This document shows positions 27,610 through 43,280 of a stretch of 64,000 nucleotides of DNA, piece after piece. The notes below the pieces were generated by a model, which saw nothing but the letters and a program-made list of their open reading frames with translations, was not told where the DNA came from and did not search any database. Location: contig OZ024740.1 of assembly GCA_964016885.1 (NCBI GenBank), forward strand, positions 221,712,001 through 221,776,000. The letters are read 5' to 3'. This DNA comes from Eledone cirrhosa (lineage: Eukaryota). The position numbers were made by a program, and so were the translations under genes. Position 1 is the stretch's first letter; the number at the start of each line of letters is the position of its first letter.

Positions 27610-30595
27610 TGTAGTGGTATTTACTGGAGTAGATAACCCTGTGGCCAATTCACTAAATTGGTGACCCCGACGTGATAAGAAAATATTTAACGTATAGTGA
27701 GCATGAATGCAGGCATAAAACAGAAAAAAAAAATTGTCCCTCGTGTCTTTGGTTCAACCAAGGTTTCGTTTTTTTTAAGTCGTCATCTTACTTGCTCGGT
27801 GCTATATATATATTTTTTATTTAAGTTTTTGATGGTACTACCACGTGTGTGGTAGTTGAATTTAAAAAAAAAGAAACGACGAAGAAATTCTCGCTCAGCG
27901 TCTATGGTGTTAATCATGAGCAATTCTTCGTTACCAGCATTTCTGGTGATGCCAAATTGTGGTTTGCTCAACTGGACTCGTATTTTGCTGACCAGGGCGT
28001 TCAAGCGGCACAACAGAGATTACACGTGCTTACCAGCGGAATTCCTACTTCGTTGGCAACCTCAGTTAAAGACATAATTACAGATCCTCCACAAGGCACA
28101 TCTTACGAAACCCTAAAGGCAGAAGTGCTCAGACGGAACAGCCGCTCGTCTGAGAGTAGATTCCGTTCCTTGTTGGAAGACCTGGGTGACAGAACTCCGT
28201 TTCAATTTTTACGGCGTATCCGGGAACTGAGCGACTCAACAGCAGAGGACAATTCCTTCGTAAAACAGCTATTCTTCTCCCGTTTGCCAACAAATATGCA
28301 GACCATATTGGCGAATATAGTCGACAACAGTTCTTTGGAACAGATTGCGGACTCGGCGGACCGCATTATGGAATTTTCTCGAGAGCCTACTTCGGCAGAT
28401 TCAGTCGTCGCTTCTTCTGTTTTTAAAACCCAGCCTGCTTCACCTCGTGAAGACTCAATGTTGAGAATCATTGACGCGTTACTCGTCAAGTAGCTAAACT
28501 GTGTCGGGAGCGAACGCCATCTAGGTGGCGTTCACGAAGTCGGTCTCCTTCTCTTCATCGTCGCGCCAACTTCCCCGCCAACAACTCGTCTTTGTGTTGG
28601 TATCATGTGCGTTTTCGTGAAAAGGCGAAACATTGTACTCAGCCCTGTTCTTTCGAAACCCCGGAAAACAAAATTGGAGAGCCAGGCACGGCAGACCTCT
28701 CCCTCAATAATTCACCTTATCGTGCTTTCTTCATTAGAGACCGAGTCTCAAACAGGTCATTTATAGTGGACACAGGATCTAGTTGCAGTATTTGGCCGTT
28801 CCGGTTCAGCTCTACCAAGCCACATTTTTCCGGCATTTCTTTATATGCAGTGAACCAGTCTCCGATCAAAACCTATGGTCAAATAACTTTATTGTTGGAC
28901 TTAGCTTTGCGTCGAGATTTTAAATGGATTTTCGTCATTGCGGACCTACCTCATCCTATTCTCGGTGCCGATTTTTTACACCATTATTCACTGTTGGTAG
29001 ATGTCAGGAGACAGAAACTTGTGGATGGTACCACATCTTTATCTACGCCTGCTCGTAGGTCTACTGCGGCTGTTGTCAGTCCCTTGTTTTTATAGCTGCC
29101 TCTGGAAACCAGTTTCATTCACTTCTTGCCTCGTTTCCCGCGTTAACGGACATCTCATTTAAACCTTATCAGGTAGCCCACTCGACTCGACACTCTATTA
29201 CAACTGGCCCGCCTGTTTTTTCTCCTCCACGAAGGTTGGCTCTAGATAGACTAAAGAAAGCCAGAGATGAGTTCGAGCACATGCTTCAGCTCGGTCTTAT
29301 TCGACCTTCCACCAATCCATGGGCATCTCCGCTTCACTTGACTCGAAAGGGTGAAGCGGATTTTAGGCCGGTTGGAGATTATCGAAGACTTAATGCCATC
29401 ACTACACCTGATCGTTATCCTTTACCAAATTTACAGGATTTTTCATCCGTTCTGCATGGATATAAGATATTTTCTAAAATAGATCTGGTACGGGCTTACC
29501 ATCAAATACCCATGAATCCAGAAGACATACCAAAAACACCTGTGATCACCCCTTCTGGTTCGTTTGAATTTCTGTCCATGCTTTTTGGTATGCGGAATGC
29601 CTCTAGCACGTTCCAGCGTTTTATCGATGAAGTCACACGTGGATTGGATTTCGTGTGTGCTTACGGGGATGACCTCCTGATAGCCAGTGACACAGCTGAA
29701 CATCATCATCAACATCTATCCAAGTTATTTCAACGTCTTCAATCGTACCAAGTCAGAATCAACCCAGCTAAATGTGTGTTTGGTACAGCTTCACTGGAAT
29801 TCCTTGGACATCTTATAGATTCGGAAGGCATTCTACCTTTGCCATCTAAGGTGGAAGCGATTCAGCGTATCGCACCCCCGACCTCACTGAGACAGTTACG
29901 TCATTTCTTGGGATTAATCAACTTTTATCGTCGTTTCATTCCTAACTGTGCGGACAAGTTGTTTCCCTTGACACAGCTTTTAAAGGATGCGAAAAAGAAA
30001 GATGTACCCATTGCACTTTCTGCCGATAATATGCAATCGTTTGAATCCGTCAAGTCCGAAATAGCCGAAGTTTCTTTCCTCGCCCATCCTGTTGCAAACG
30101 CGAGGCTTTCTTTAACTGTTGATGCGTCCGATCATGCTGTTGGAGCAGTTTTGAACATACGATCAACCACCAGGTTCAACCACCAGGTTCAACCACTGGC
30201 ATTTTTCTCACGCCAACTTAAACCAGCGCAACAGAGATACATCACCTTTGACAGAGAACTTTTGGCGGTCTATCTTGCCGTGAAGCACTTCCACCATTTT
30301 TTGGAAGGGCGGGACTTCACGATATTCACGGATCATAAACCGCTAACATTCGCTCTCCAATCCAAGTCCGACAGGTACTCTCCGAGGGCACATAGGCATT
30401 TGGATCTCATCTCCCAGTACACCAGTGACATTCGTCATATAGCCGGAGCTGCCAACATACCCGCGGACGCGCTGTCTCGACTTTCTGTGTGTTCTCTTGC
30501 GTCTCCTGCACATATCGATTTGGTTGCCATGGCAACTGACCAACCTACTTTGGACATTTCATCTGACTAGTTCTCCTGCTGCAAATTGGAATATG
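27610..30595 (+). mobile_element. Defective Ty3/Gypsy LTR retrotransposon (gag, protease, RT, RNase H; integrase and 3' LTR missing)
   Basis: gag LWFAQLD..LGDRTP..LFFSRLP, CWYH..C..PC, VDTGS, ILGADFL, WASPLH, GDYRRLN, YGDD, TVDAS, DRELLA, TDHKPL, ADALSR; frameshift ~28490, stop 29093. Confidence 0.92.
27659..27676 (+). promoter_or_regulatory. LTR-retrotransposon primer-binding site for tRNA-Trp
   Basis: TGGTGACCCCGACGTGAT, complementary to the canonical animal tRNA-Trp 3' end. Confidence 0.85.
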
Positions 30596-30651
30596 ATTAT
30601 AAGCCTAACACTCTAACGACTGAGTTACGCAACTTTACTACATATTTTTAT

Positions 30652-30848
30652 AGGGCGGTGGTTTAGCAGTATCGGTAAAGCGTAGACACCATGCTTTGCA
30701 GCATGGAGTTATGACCCTTTACGGTATGAGTTCAAATCCGGCGAGGCTAACTTTGCCTTTCATCCTTACGGGGTCGATAATAAAGTACCAGTAATGCTCT
30801 GGGGGGTAATTGCTGGCCTTGTGCTGCCAAAGGTAGAAATAGTTATTG
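30652..30848 (+). mobile_element. SINE
   Basis: full consensus. Confidence 0.85.
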
Positions 30849-31932
30849 CATATAAAAATACGATCATAAAGTGTCAGAAGTGGTTTTGACGGATGTCTCA
30901 TTACGTTCTGTATTTAAAGAAGTCGACATTGCTTTTCATTCTTTTCGCGTTAAAAGTAGAGTGAAATGGTTTGAAGAAATGTTTCGAAACCGTCGTGTTC
31001 GGCTAGAGAGAATACCTTGATGTTTGACTGTAACATGTTTAGGGATGGATGGGTACACTGGTTTTCACTTCAGTCACACACACATATACAAACACAAACA
31101 CACACATACACACACTCACTAACACGCACACACACATACAAACACGCACACGCACACACACACACACCGATGCACACAAACACACGCACACTACACACAC
31201 ACAGATATGTATGTGTGTATGTGTATGCGTGTGACTCAAGTGAGAACCACTGCACCTATATACAGACACACGCACACACACATATATATATAAACATACA
31301 CACGAGCGCGCTCATACACACACACACACACACATCAATACCCGAATTACTTGATCGTTTTTTTTGGCTATGCGAATGATTGTTTAACCATCGTCTCAGT
31401 GTCTTCGGCCTTTAACGTTTGTTATAGCTCTGGTTCATCTGATTCATTGAGCACTTGCCTCACATCTCGGAGGTTGTTTTTCCTTATTTCGTGGGCCGAA
31501 ATGCGAATCTCGATAATTTATGCTTGTATATATATATATATATATATGTGTGTATGTGAACAGTAAACGGAAAGAAAAAAGCAAATAACACATTAATATA
31601 TTAAGAAATATATAATTTTAACGCATGATATAATAGGAAACCAAGGTAAACTTTGTCTCTCATCCTTCCAAGGTCGATAAAAAAAGTACCAGACAAGTAC
31701 TGGGTTCATTATTCCTATATATAGCCCTCTCTCTTCCATTCTCTCATTCTCTCTCTCATTCTCTCTATCCTTCTCTGGAAGAAGTCTGTTATATCTAGAA
31801 CTGGAGATGGGATAAAAATGCCGTATGTAAATACGGTGGCCCTATGACTACCGCAGGAATTCCGTGACCCTACATACATTATAGGAAAATAGTCTCTTTC
31901 ACGTTATGTATACACACGTATGTACACACCCA

Positions 31933-31993
<61 letters not shown>

Positions 31994-32025
31994 TTGTGAC
32001 AATCACTTTTACCATATATGGAATT

Positions 32026-32121
32026 ACCCCCTGAGAAGCTCGGCTATTCAAATACCAGGATAAAAATTTTCATTTAGTCCAGAATTAGCCGTCGAAACGG
32101 CTTGAGCTCAGCCGTCGGGGT
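32026..32121 (+). ncRNA. HHR-like motif with CTGAGAA core and long stem II (second copy 55453-55548)
   Basis: acccc-CTGAGAA-g..cggcta...tagccg.c-GAAA-cggct tgagctc agccg-T-C-ggggt. Confidence 0.65.
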
Positions 32122-32187
32122 CCTACTCGTTCCTATTACCCACTCTACTACCCTAAGTATTGAGTAATTTGGTGCGTTATGGTCCAC

Positions 32188-32271
<84 letters not shown>

Positions 32272-32400
32272 GTGAAGGCGTGTGTCTGAGTGATTAGAGA
32301 ATTGTATTCACAATCTTGAGGTTGAGAGTTCGAATCCTGGTCCGGGCGATGCGTTATGTCCTTGAGCAAGACAGTTTATTCACGCTGTCCCTTCTACCTG
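32272..32400 (+). mobile_element. Second tRNA-derived SINE family, degenerate
   Basis: B box gagttcgaatcc followed by tgtccttgagcaagaca. Confidence 0.55.
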
Positions 32401-32686
32401 GAGTTGCGACCGATAGATAGTACTAGCAACTGGAAAGACCAACGGAAACATTGTTTCCTTGGTTTGATTTAACGAAATATACACAATTTCAGCCAACGAT
32501 TAGAAGTATGCAAGGGAAGATACTCTTGGCCATCGTCACAGAGTTGCTTCCCATTTATTTAGCAACTGGCAGTCATCGTTTGAGCGATATCTCTCTCTCA
32601 TTCCCTCTCTCCGCCTCTCTCTCTTTCTCACTCTTTCTTTCTCTCTCTCTCCCCTTCCCTCTCCGTCTCCCCTTCTCTCTATTTAT

Positions 32687-32743
<57 letters not shown>

Positions 32744-33625
32744 AGAAAAGTTCCAGGACTGATGTCACAAAAGATTTATTTCAAACCCAAACTTCACACT
32801 AAGAGTTTTCTCCTTCAAAGTAATCCCCCTGGAGTATGTAACTGTAATCTTAGCTCTCTGCAGCGATCAAATTCTTCATAATTTTATATACATGTCCTCT
32901 GTTTCATGCCGTCAAACAATGAGCACAGAGCAACGAACAAACTTGAAAACTCCGTCAGAAGCACTGGGATTACTGCAGCAAGTGTATGGAGATGTGACGA
33001 TGTCACGCTCACGTGTTTTTGAGTAGTGCAAGAGGTTTAAAGAAGGACGCGAAGATGTGGAAGATGACCCCAGGAGCGGAAGGCCCTCAAAAACCAGGAC
33101 TGAGGTCAACGTTGGGCGCGTCAGGAAGATGGTGCGTAGCGATCGTCGGCTGACTGTTCGACTGATGGCAAATGAGCTGGGCATGAATCGGGACAGCATC
33201 TGGAAGATTCTCACTAAAGATTTGGACATGCGGAAGGTCTGCGCGAAGATGGTGCCAAAACTGCTGAACGATGAACAGAAGGGTCGACACATGCAAGTGT
33301 GCCAGGACATCCTCGAGCGTCTTGAAACCGAACCAGACTTGCTAGGGACATTCATCACCGGTGATGAGTCATGGATCTTCGAGTACAACCCGAAGGGGAC
33401 CCGTTTTGAAGACGTGGATGATATCAAAAAGGTCGTGACGACGGAACTGCGGAGGATCCCGGAAGAATCCTTCCAGGAGTGCATGCAAACGTGGCAGAAA
33501 AGGATGGAAAAGTGCATTAGACTCCAGGCGGATTACTTTGAAGGAGAAAACTCTTAGTGTGAAGTTTGGGTTTGAAATAAATCTTTTGTTTCATCAGTTC
33601 TGGAACTTTTCTGACCCACCTCGTA
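32744..33625 (+). mobile_element. Internally deleted mariner (Tc1/mariner) with ~90-bp TIRs; transposase remnant 32919-33557
   Basis: DDPRSGRP, KMVPKLL, ITGDESWI then directly KGTRFEDV..DYFE; TIR ends ..gacccacctcgTA. Confidence 0.9.
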
Positions 33626-33721
33626 TATATACCGTCGTAAAAGATTGGTAGAAATATTCAAGAGTAAGAACACTCACCATAGGACGTGTTAAGTATAATT
33701 AGTTGTAAGAGTGACATATAC

Positions 33722-33768
33722 CGCGACTTAAGTTTCGTTGAGTTATGAAGCCCAACTCATTCAGCCTG
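33722..33768 (-). ncRNA. Degenerate HHR (CTGAATGA core)
   Basis: minus: CTGAATGA-gttggg..ctcaac-GAAA-cttaag-T-C; stem I not convincing. Confidence 0.45.
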
Positions 33769-34455
33769 CTATAAAAATAAAGATGGCTTCTAGTGGTTGA
33801 ATGTGATTTCTTTTTGGAAGATTGATTGGATTCGATTTCAAAAAATGTTTTATTCAAAAATCGCTACGGGTTTGAACCTCACCGAGGGTGGTATGTTTGG
33901 CACGCTTATTACTGGTTCATATCCAATCTTTACTGGGTAGATGCTTCCGTTGTTTCGCTTTCTGTCTCTCACTTTCTCTTTTACTCCGGACGATATTGAG
34001 TGTATTCTTCATGATATCGCTACGACGCAATCAGGTATACATAACCCACGGATGGATGTATGGAATATTACCTGGTGTTACTCATAGAAGCAACATTATA
34101 CTCCCAAAACCACTCATCATATTATATTCATATTTATGAAAGGATCAACAAGATCGCAGACATCAATCGCTTACTGAATAGGGAACTCGTCCAATCGGAT
34201 CAAGGAAACAATATTTCCATTGGTCTTCTTCAAGGATATAATGCATCACCTGGTGCGGGAATTGCACTCGCAATCTCACGATTTTGAATCCAATTCTCTC
34301 ACCAATAAGATACGTGCTTCACTCATCATATAACATCACCAACAACAACCAATATTGAAAAGAAAACTAACAAACAAAAACAAAATAGAAACAACAACAA
34401 CGAAAAACAAAAGAAAAGCAAACAAAATTAATAATAACCAAGGCGTTTTTCTTTT

Positions 34456-34806
34456 TTAAATATAGGAATGTGATACATTAAAATAATTGAATTTCCATAT
34501 CCGTTTACTGGCCTGAAATATATGTTTTGGCCTTGTGTCGTAACCAAATTGCAAACAATCTTCTTTTAAAAGGACCTCTAATTGATTTAATACTTCTATC
34601 GGTACTGTACTGTAAGCATATGTCATTGCTTCTCTTTTGATGACTTTTAAGCTTATATCATTTTTTGAAACATGACTGGCATCTTTAATGGTATCTAGAA
34701 ATTCTTGCCGAGTAACAAATAATGTTTGGTTATTGGTAAAAGGAAAATCTAGGTCCATACTGACGAATCCTCGAATCTGAGCTCTCCGCCAAACGCGTCG
34801 TAAAAT
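34456..34806 (-). CDS. Carbohydrate sulfotransferase, last coding exon
   Basis: acceptor ttttcag|ATT, phase 0; ILRRVWRRAQIRG..EDCLQFGY..stop. Confidence 0.85.
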   Translation of the reverse strand: MLRRVWRRAQIRGFVSMDLDFPFTNNQTLFVTRQEFLDTIKDASHVSKNDISLKVIKREAMTYAYSTVPIEVLNQLEVLLKEDCLQFGYDTRPKHIFQASKRIWKFNYFNVSHSYI

Positions 34807-35444
34807 CTGAAAATTAAAAATTCATCAGTTTAATAATTAATTGGGAAAATTATCAACAATCAATATCAGTTTATTTCTTTACTTGGTTTGTTAAACCCGT
34901 CCACATATATTTAAGAAAACATACATTGACATACCTTGTTATGCTTTTCCACCATTGTTAATAAATATCATAGTGATGTACTCATGGGTCCCAAATAATA
35001 GGGGTGGGTGGAAAAGCAGGTGTAGTGGTGCAATAAGCGGAGGAGTTGGAATAAGCTAGGGGAAGGGAATCGGGAACTTTTCTAGGTCGTCTCCGTTGAC
35101 TTTTTTAAAAACAGGAATGAGTTTACATATTGAGACTCCAACCTATCCTATTTATTTTATAATGTATGGGATTTCTAGTAATGTACTTTTTTTGTACGTA
35201 TGTTTTGTATTGTTTTAAGAAAATTAATTGTTGTAAGAATGCTACCACTTAAATAAAATTTCGCCGGAGATTAGCAAAATTGAATAGTAAGTAAAGAGTA
35301 GTGATGAATTCCAGTTGCAGTGGTTTCCTGACAGGAGATTGACTTCTGTTACATGATCATCAGCATAACACACATTTTAAAGCATAAGATGCCTTATTAA
35401 CATATGAAATAATGAATGATGCCTTTCATAAGGTCATTATTGAT

Positions 35445-35633
35445 GGTGGATTGGCAGTATCGGTAGAGGGTCGGACGCCATGCTTTGATGCATAGAGTTA
35501 CGGCCCTTGCCATTCTGAGTTCAAATCCCGCTAAGGTTAACTTTGCCTTTCATCCTTACGGGGTCGATAAAATAAAGTACCAGTAATACACTGGGTAATT
35601 GCTGACCTTGTGCCAAAAGTAGAAACAATTATT
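35445..35633 (+). mobile_element. SINE in the sulfotransferase intron
   Basis: full consensus. Confidence 0.9.
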
Positions 35634-36024
35634 GATTTTAACAAGGTGACAAAGATCGAATAATTATATCCATGTAGTAAATTCATCTCACCGTCAGTTT
35701 AGCTCAACATTATGATTGCCACTATGATTAAAATGAGAATGTATTACACAGCTAATGGCTGTGGATTCATAAATCACTTAAAATTAAATTAAAACTACTT
35801 GTCATTCATTCACTTTTCAAAACATTGGCGGTGTTTACAATCAAAGACGAAAAGCAGTTTATGGTTTCAGTTTTCTGTGATCTTACCTTTAGCCTATGGC
35901 GCCTTCGCTAATTAAAACTAAAACTAAAAACAACAGAAAATCAATCAGCTCAATGTTTAATTTCGGGCTGATTATTAAGTAGGTCACCATTTTCTAATAA
36001 AGGTATAAAAGACCTGTCACTTAC

Positions 36025-36987
36025 TTGTGAGAAATCCAAACATGACTTCTTTTTTGTTTGAAAGGCGTACTCAACAACAGCTGTGAGATCATCTTCAACC
36101 CTTTCAGTGCTTATATTTCCAACTGACATTCTATGACTTGCACCAATTTCTTCAAACATCAAATGTAAATCAGGGACAAAGGTATCTAGTTTCCCTATGA
36201 CATCATAGTTTATACCACACGTACCACAGAGATCGTGCATCATGCCAAAATGGTAATCTTTTTTCACGTTGATGTTATTAGAATGAATGACATAGCGCAA
36301 GAACTCTTCAAAAGTAACATCAAGCGGACATCTAATACTTGGCTTTTTAACTTTACCTTTTCTAAAAGTCTTAATAATATAAGCACACAGAGTTTTAAAC
36401 ATTTCTCGTGGCAAAAAAATCTTGTCAAGATAACCTGAAAAAAGACGAGCGTAAGGATCCCGGACAAAAAGTACTTTCTTGTATGATTTCAAGAGTTGGG
36501 CTTTTTTTCTGGGGAAAGTTGGGAGTATATCTATGGGCAATGTATGTACTTTGGTTGGAGCTATATCATAGGGATTGGAAACATTCGGATACTTTCCATT
36601 AAGTATCAACATAAGACGTTTAAAGTATGTGCAACCAACTTTTGGTATATAACAGAACACCATTTTGTGTTGGTGATTTACAAGCATCACATGATTGGTA
36701 GCAGTGTAATGGTGACCATGTCGCCGGCATTGGGCTTTTAGTATTTCTTTCCGTTTGTAGTTTTGTTTCCTTGTTGCGTTCAACGAAAATAGCTGTGGCT
36801 TTTTTTCCATTAAATATCGAGAGAATTTAAGACTCTGTGTTGATAATTGTGTTGATAATTGTGTTGGTGATTCTTGTTTTAGTTTGATGGGAATTATTTG
36901 AAGTGGTATGCTGGTAAGTGTTTCTCTGAGTTTCGGTTGATATGTGTTTCTTAATCCTGTTGGTATTATCACTGATGAAGAAATGTG
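36025..36987 (-). CDS. Carbohydrate sulfotransferase (Sulfotransfer_2; CHST8-14/HNK-1ST-like), main exon
   Basis: 5'-PSB FCYIPKVGCT, 3'-PB FVRDPYARLFSGY, TFEEF, C..C.INYDVIGKLDT; donor CAA|gtaagt at 36025; likely acceptor caacag| at 36987. Confidence 0.88.
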
Positions 36988-37056
36988 CTGTTGTGTAGAA
37001 TCAAGAGACAAGAACAAAATAATTTATCAACACACAGATCACAGCGTACTTTTTCC

Positions 37057-37171
<115 letters not shown>

Positions 37172-37908
37172 TTTATTTGACTATCTACAAAAATTCATTG
37201 GAATATAATCAGCATAAACAAACTGGAAAAACAGTTAAACATTCAACATTCAAAATTTCGCAGCCTTCTGGAATATATTCATTAAAACAGAATACTAAAA
37301 GAAAAAAAAACTTGACAATATACTGAATTCAGGAAAGTACATTTTTAACTTACTTTCCTGCATAACTTAAAATACAGAGCAAAAACAAACTAAATGTTTA
37401 AGCAATTTAAAGGTAAAGAATAAAAATAATATACATGAAGATACAACTAAAAGATAAAGAGAGGCAATATATTTAATTGTATTTTGTGTGATGTATGTCA
37501 TTCTACTCACTTCCTCTATCTTACATAAGTAGCACATGCTCTATTAAAAACCAAACAGCTGCATACACACAAACAGACTGGTGTACTCAAACACACATAC
37601 TCTCATATTCTGTCATTCGGAGCTGAAGATTCCCTTCGTCGCTGTTCTTCAAGTTTCACATTTCCGTTTTTCGCAGTGACTCGAGGAAACGGAAAAGTGA
37701 ACTTCAGAGCAGCTACAGAAAAATAATGTACACTCTCAGTTTTTTTTTTAAATATAGTTTAGTCGAATGAAGGAAGGTGGCGGTTGTGAGACACTCGGGA
37801 ACATTTGGATCCGCTAACGACAGGACTTCGCTAAAGAACTCCGTATTGGTGTTAATGGAACAACATCAATGAGTAATCTTTAACTGTCTAATGCACACAC
37901 GCACACAA

Positions 37909-37947
<39 letters not shown>

Positions 37948-37999
37948 AATATACACACATCTGTGTATATGTGGGTGTGTTTGAGTGTATGTATGTATG

Positions 38000-38055
<56 letters not shown>

Positions 38056-38063
<8 letters not shown>

Positions 38064-38237
38064 GGTATATATAGTGTATTTTGCAATTGCTGAAAATTAA
38101 AGTAAGTGAGTCTGTCACTACTCTAAAACAGTAGCATACGGTCTTCGAAATGCTTTTAATTAAGCATACAGTGTATTGCAAAATACACTGTATATACACT
38201 CATATATATATAGCTTTTTTAGAGCACCAATTCTAAT
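38056..38237 (+). mobile_element. Truncated copy of the U3-A8 retrozyme-like family with a short inverted 5' piece
   Basis: gtcactactctaaaac..gtcttcgaaatgcttttaattaagcatacagtgtattgcaaaatacac. Confidence 0.8.
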
Positions 38238-38269
38238 ATTATATATATATATATATATACACATCCTAC

Positions 38270-40179
<1,910 letters not shown>

Positions 40180-40353
40180 TGAAAATGTGAGAATTCCCAA
40201 AGCAAGAAATAGCTGTAACAACAGTCAATCGCTATGTCTATAGCTTTGAAGAAGGCGCAATATAACCGTAGAGACGGTAAAAAGTGGTCAGTAGCAACTA
40301 CAGAGAATCAATTCCATACCTCTCGAATACCGTCACTAGAGCTGAAGCATCGA

Positions 40354-40420
<67 letters not shown>

Positions 40421-40423
40421 ATG

Positions 40424-40516
<93 letters not shown>

Positions 40517-40520
<4 letters not shown>

Positions 40521-40978
40521 AAATGGGGAGAAAAATACTGCTGGTAGCACATGGATAACATGTAATAAAATAAGTCCCTCATCAGTGATTTGCCGACGAT
40601 CATAGATATTTCATTGCATTAAAAATCATATACCTCACGTCGGTGCAATAATAACTAAATTAAGTTATTAGGACAATAAAAACGCGTAAAGCGAGTGAGA
40701 CAAGAAAACAACAAAGAGTAGAGCTAACCGTAGAAGGAAGGAGACAAGCTTCATAGTTATTCTGTTAGCATAAGCTAGGTGAATATATGAGCGCTTAGAA
40801 AAAAGACCTTTCACGAACGAATGCAATGTGAGAAAAGAGAGAAATTGCTTTCTTCGCGAACGGGGTGAAGTGAGGAGAGGAGAAACAGTGAGTGAGTGAG
40901 TGGAAGTGTGAGGAAGAGTTAACTGACATGACAGAGGGGGCGAAAGAAAGTAGGAGAAACAGAGAGAATGGGGGAGCA

Positions 40979-41024
<46 letters not shown>

Positions 41025-41090
41025 CAGAATCGCAGTTTGGGTAAATATATGTAATAAAATGGGGAGAAAAAACTGCTGGTAGCACATGGA
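40517..41090. mobile_element. ~540-bp non-coding element with terminal direct repeats, in (TA)n
   Basis: aataaaatggggagaaaaa..ctgctggtagcacatgga at 40517 and 41053. Confidence 0.65.
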
Positions 41091-41106
41091 TATATATATA
41101 TTTATG

Positions 41107-41355
<249 letters not shown>

Positions 41356-41381
41356 GTATATATATATTTATGTATATATAT

Positions 41382-41481
<100 letters not shown>

Positions 41482-41496
41482 GTATGTATATATATA

Positions 41497-42605
41497 TATT
41501 ATTTAGAAAACGTAAGAGAGACACAAACATAAGAACAATTCCCGTTCTTTGGCTGTCTGCTGTGGGTCGCTGATGTTGTTTTGACGCATTAAAAACAGTA
41601 CATCTCACAACAGTGCGTTGATAACCAAGAGAGATAGTTATCAGGGAAGACAAAAAAAAAAAAAATAAACCAGGGACGATAGTGAAGAGAACGACAGAAA
41701 AAGAAAATAAACAGGGAAAAAATACCGATAGAGAGGGGGAACACGAGACAGTATTACATGTGAGTTGCAGTAACCAGTGGGAGAGAGGGAGAAGTTAAAA
41801 AGGGGACCGAACGTAAGTCCTGAATCCTTATTAACAGCGCGGAGAGAAGAACCTCTGATCATAGAGAGAACATGCGCAAAGAGGGAGAGACGAAAGAAAA
41901 CGGAAGTGAGGGGGAGGGGGGTGTAGAAAGGGAGCAGTGAGAAAGGGGGAGAAAGGAGATAGGTGGTAAGAGAGAAAGAGAATAAGTGAGTGAGAGAGAG
42001 AGAGGGAGAATAATTGAGTGGGAGCGAGAAAGGGAAAGAAAGAAAGAGAGAAAAAGGGAGACAAAGAAACAGAGGGAAAGGAGGAAAGAAAAGAGTTAAT
42101 CCAAAATGGCAGAACTTAAGTTCAAAACAGGAATTAACAGCCAGCAGCGGGATAGAGAGGATTGAACGGAGGGCAAAGCAATAAATTAATATGAATTAAA
42201 AGTGACAAAGGCGCTGTGTGGTTAGTAATAAATATTATTTAGAAAACGTAAGAGAAACACAAACATAAGGAAGGACAACTCCCACTCTTTGGCTGTTTGC
42301 TGTAGGTCGCTGATGTTTCGACGCATTAAAGACGGTACACCTCACCGCAGTGCGTTGATAACTAAGAGGAATAGTTATCAGGGAAGAAAACAAAAAAAAA
42401 AGAAGAAAAGTGACGACAGTAAAGAGGACGACACAAAAAGAAAATAAAGAAAAGAAAAAACATACCGATAGAGAGGGGGGGAAACACGAGACCGCATTAC
42501 ATGTAAGTTGCAGTAACCAGTGGGAGAGAGGATGAAGTTAAAAAGGAGACCAAACGAAAATCCTGAATCCATATTAGCAGCAAGATGAGAAGAACGTCTG
42601 ATCAT
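41497..42605. mobile_element. 1.5-mer of a ~735-bp non-coding element, in (TA)n
   Basis: 41497-41862 repeated, diverged, at 42233-42605. Confidence 0.75.
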
Positions 42606-42914
42606 ATATATATATATACACACGTGTGTGTGTGTGTAAGTATGTACGGGTGCTTATACCTGGTCATGAGTCTGTTCAGTTATAGCTGATGTTAGGCTAA
42701 ACAACATTAATATCGTTGTCAAACAGATTGGTTTTCATAGCTTCAGTAGTCTTAAAGACACGATAACCGACAAATGAACATAAATCAATACTTTAGAAAT
42801 GAAGTCAGTGAACATTTTTTTATTTTTTTTTTATTACCTTTGATATCCAACTTGTATGCAATTGAACCATCGTGAGGAGGTAGCCGAAATAACCTGAAAA
42901 TAGACAGAACATTT

Positions 42915-43280
42915 ATAGAAAATTGAGAAAAATCAACGCAAAAATAGCTGTAAAAGCAGCCAAATGTTGTTAATGACAGAGTTGGGTAAAAGTACCTGTG
43001 AGGTCAGAGATCAGAGGCTAGTGGTCGGTAGAATGCCAATCCACAAATGGTTGACAGGCAGATGAAATATAGAAACGATTGAAAGAAGAGGAAAACCAGA
43101 AGCCTTCTCTCTCAATCGTTTCTATATTTCATCTCCCTGTCACCCACATCATGGATTGTCTCTCTACCGACCACTAGCCACTGATCTCTGTCCTCTAAGG
43201 TATTTTTACCCATCGCTGTCATTGACAGCATTTGGCTGTTTTAACAGCTATTCTTGCGTTGAGTTCTTTCATTTTCTATT
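42915..43280. mobile_element. ~365-bp palindromic MITE-like element
   Basis: long imperfect arms, e.g. gatgaaatatagaaacgattga / tcaatcgtttctatatttcatc. Confidence 0.75.
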
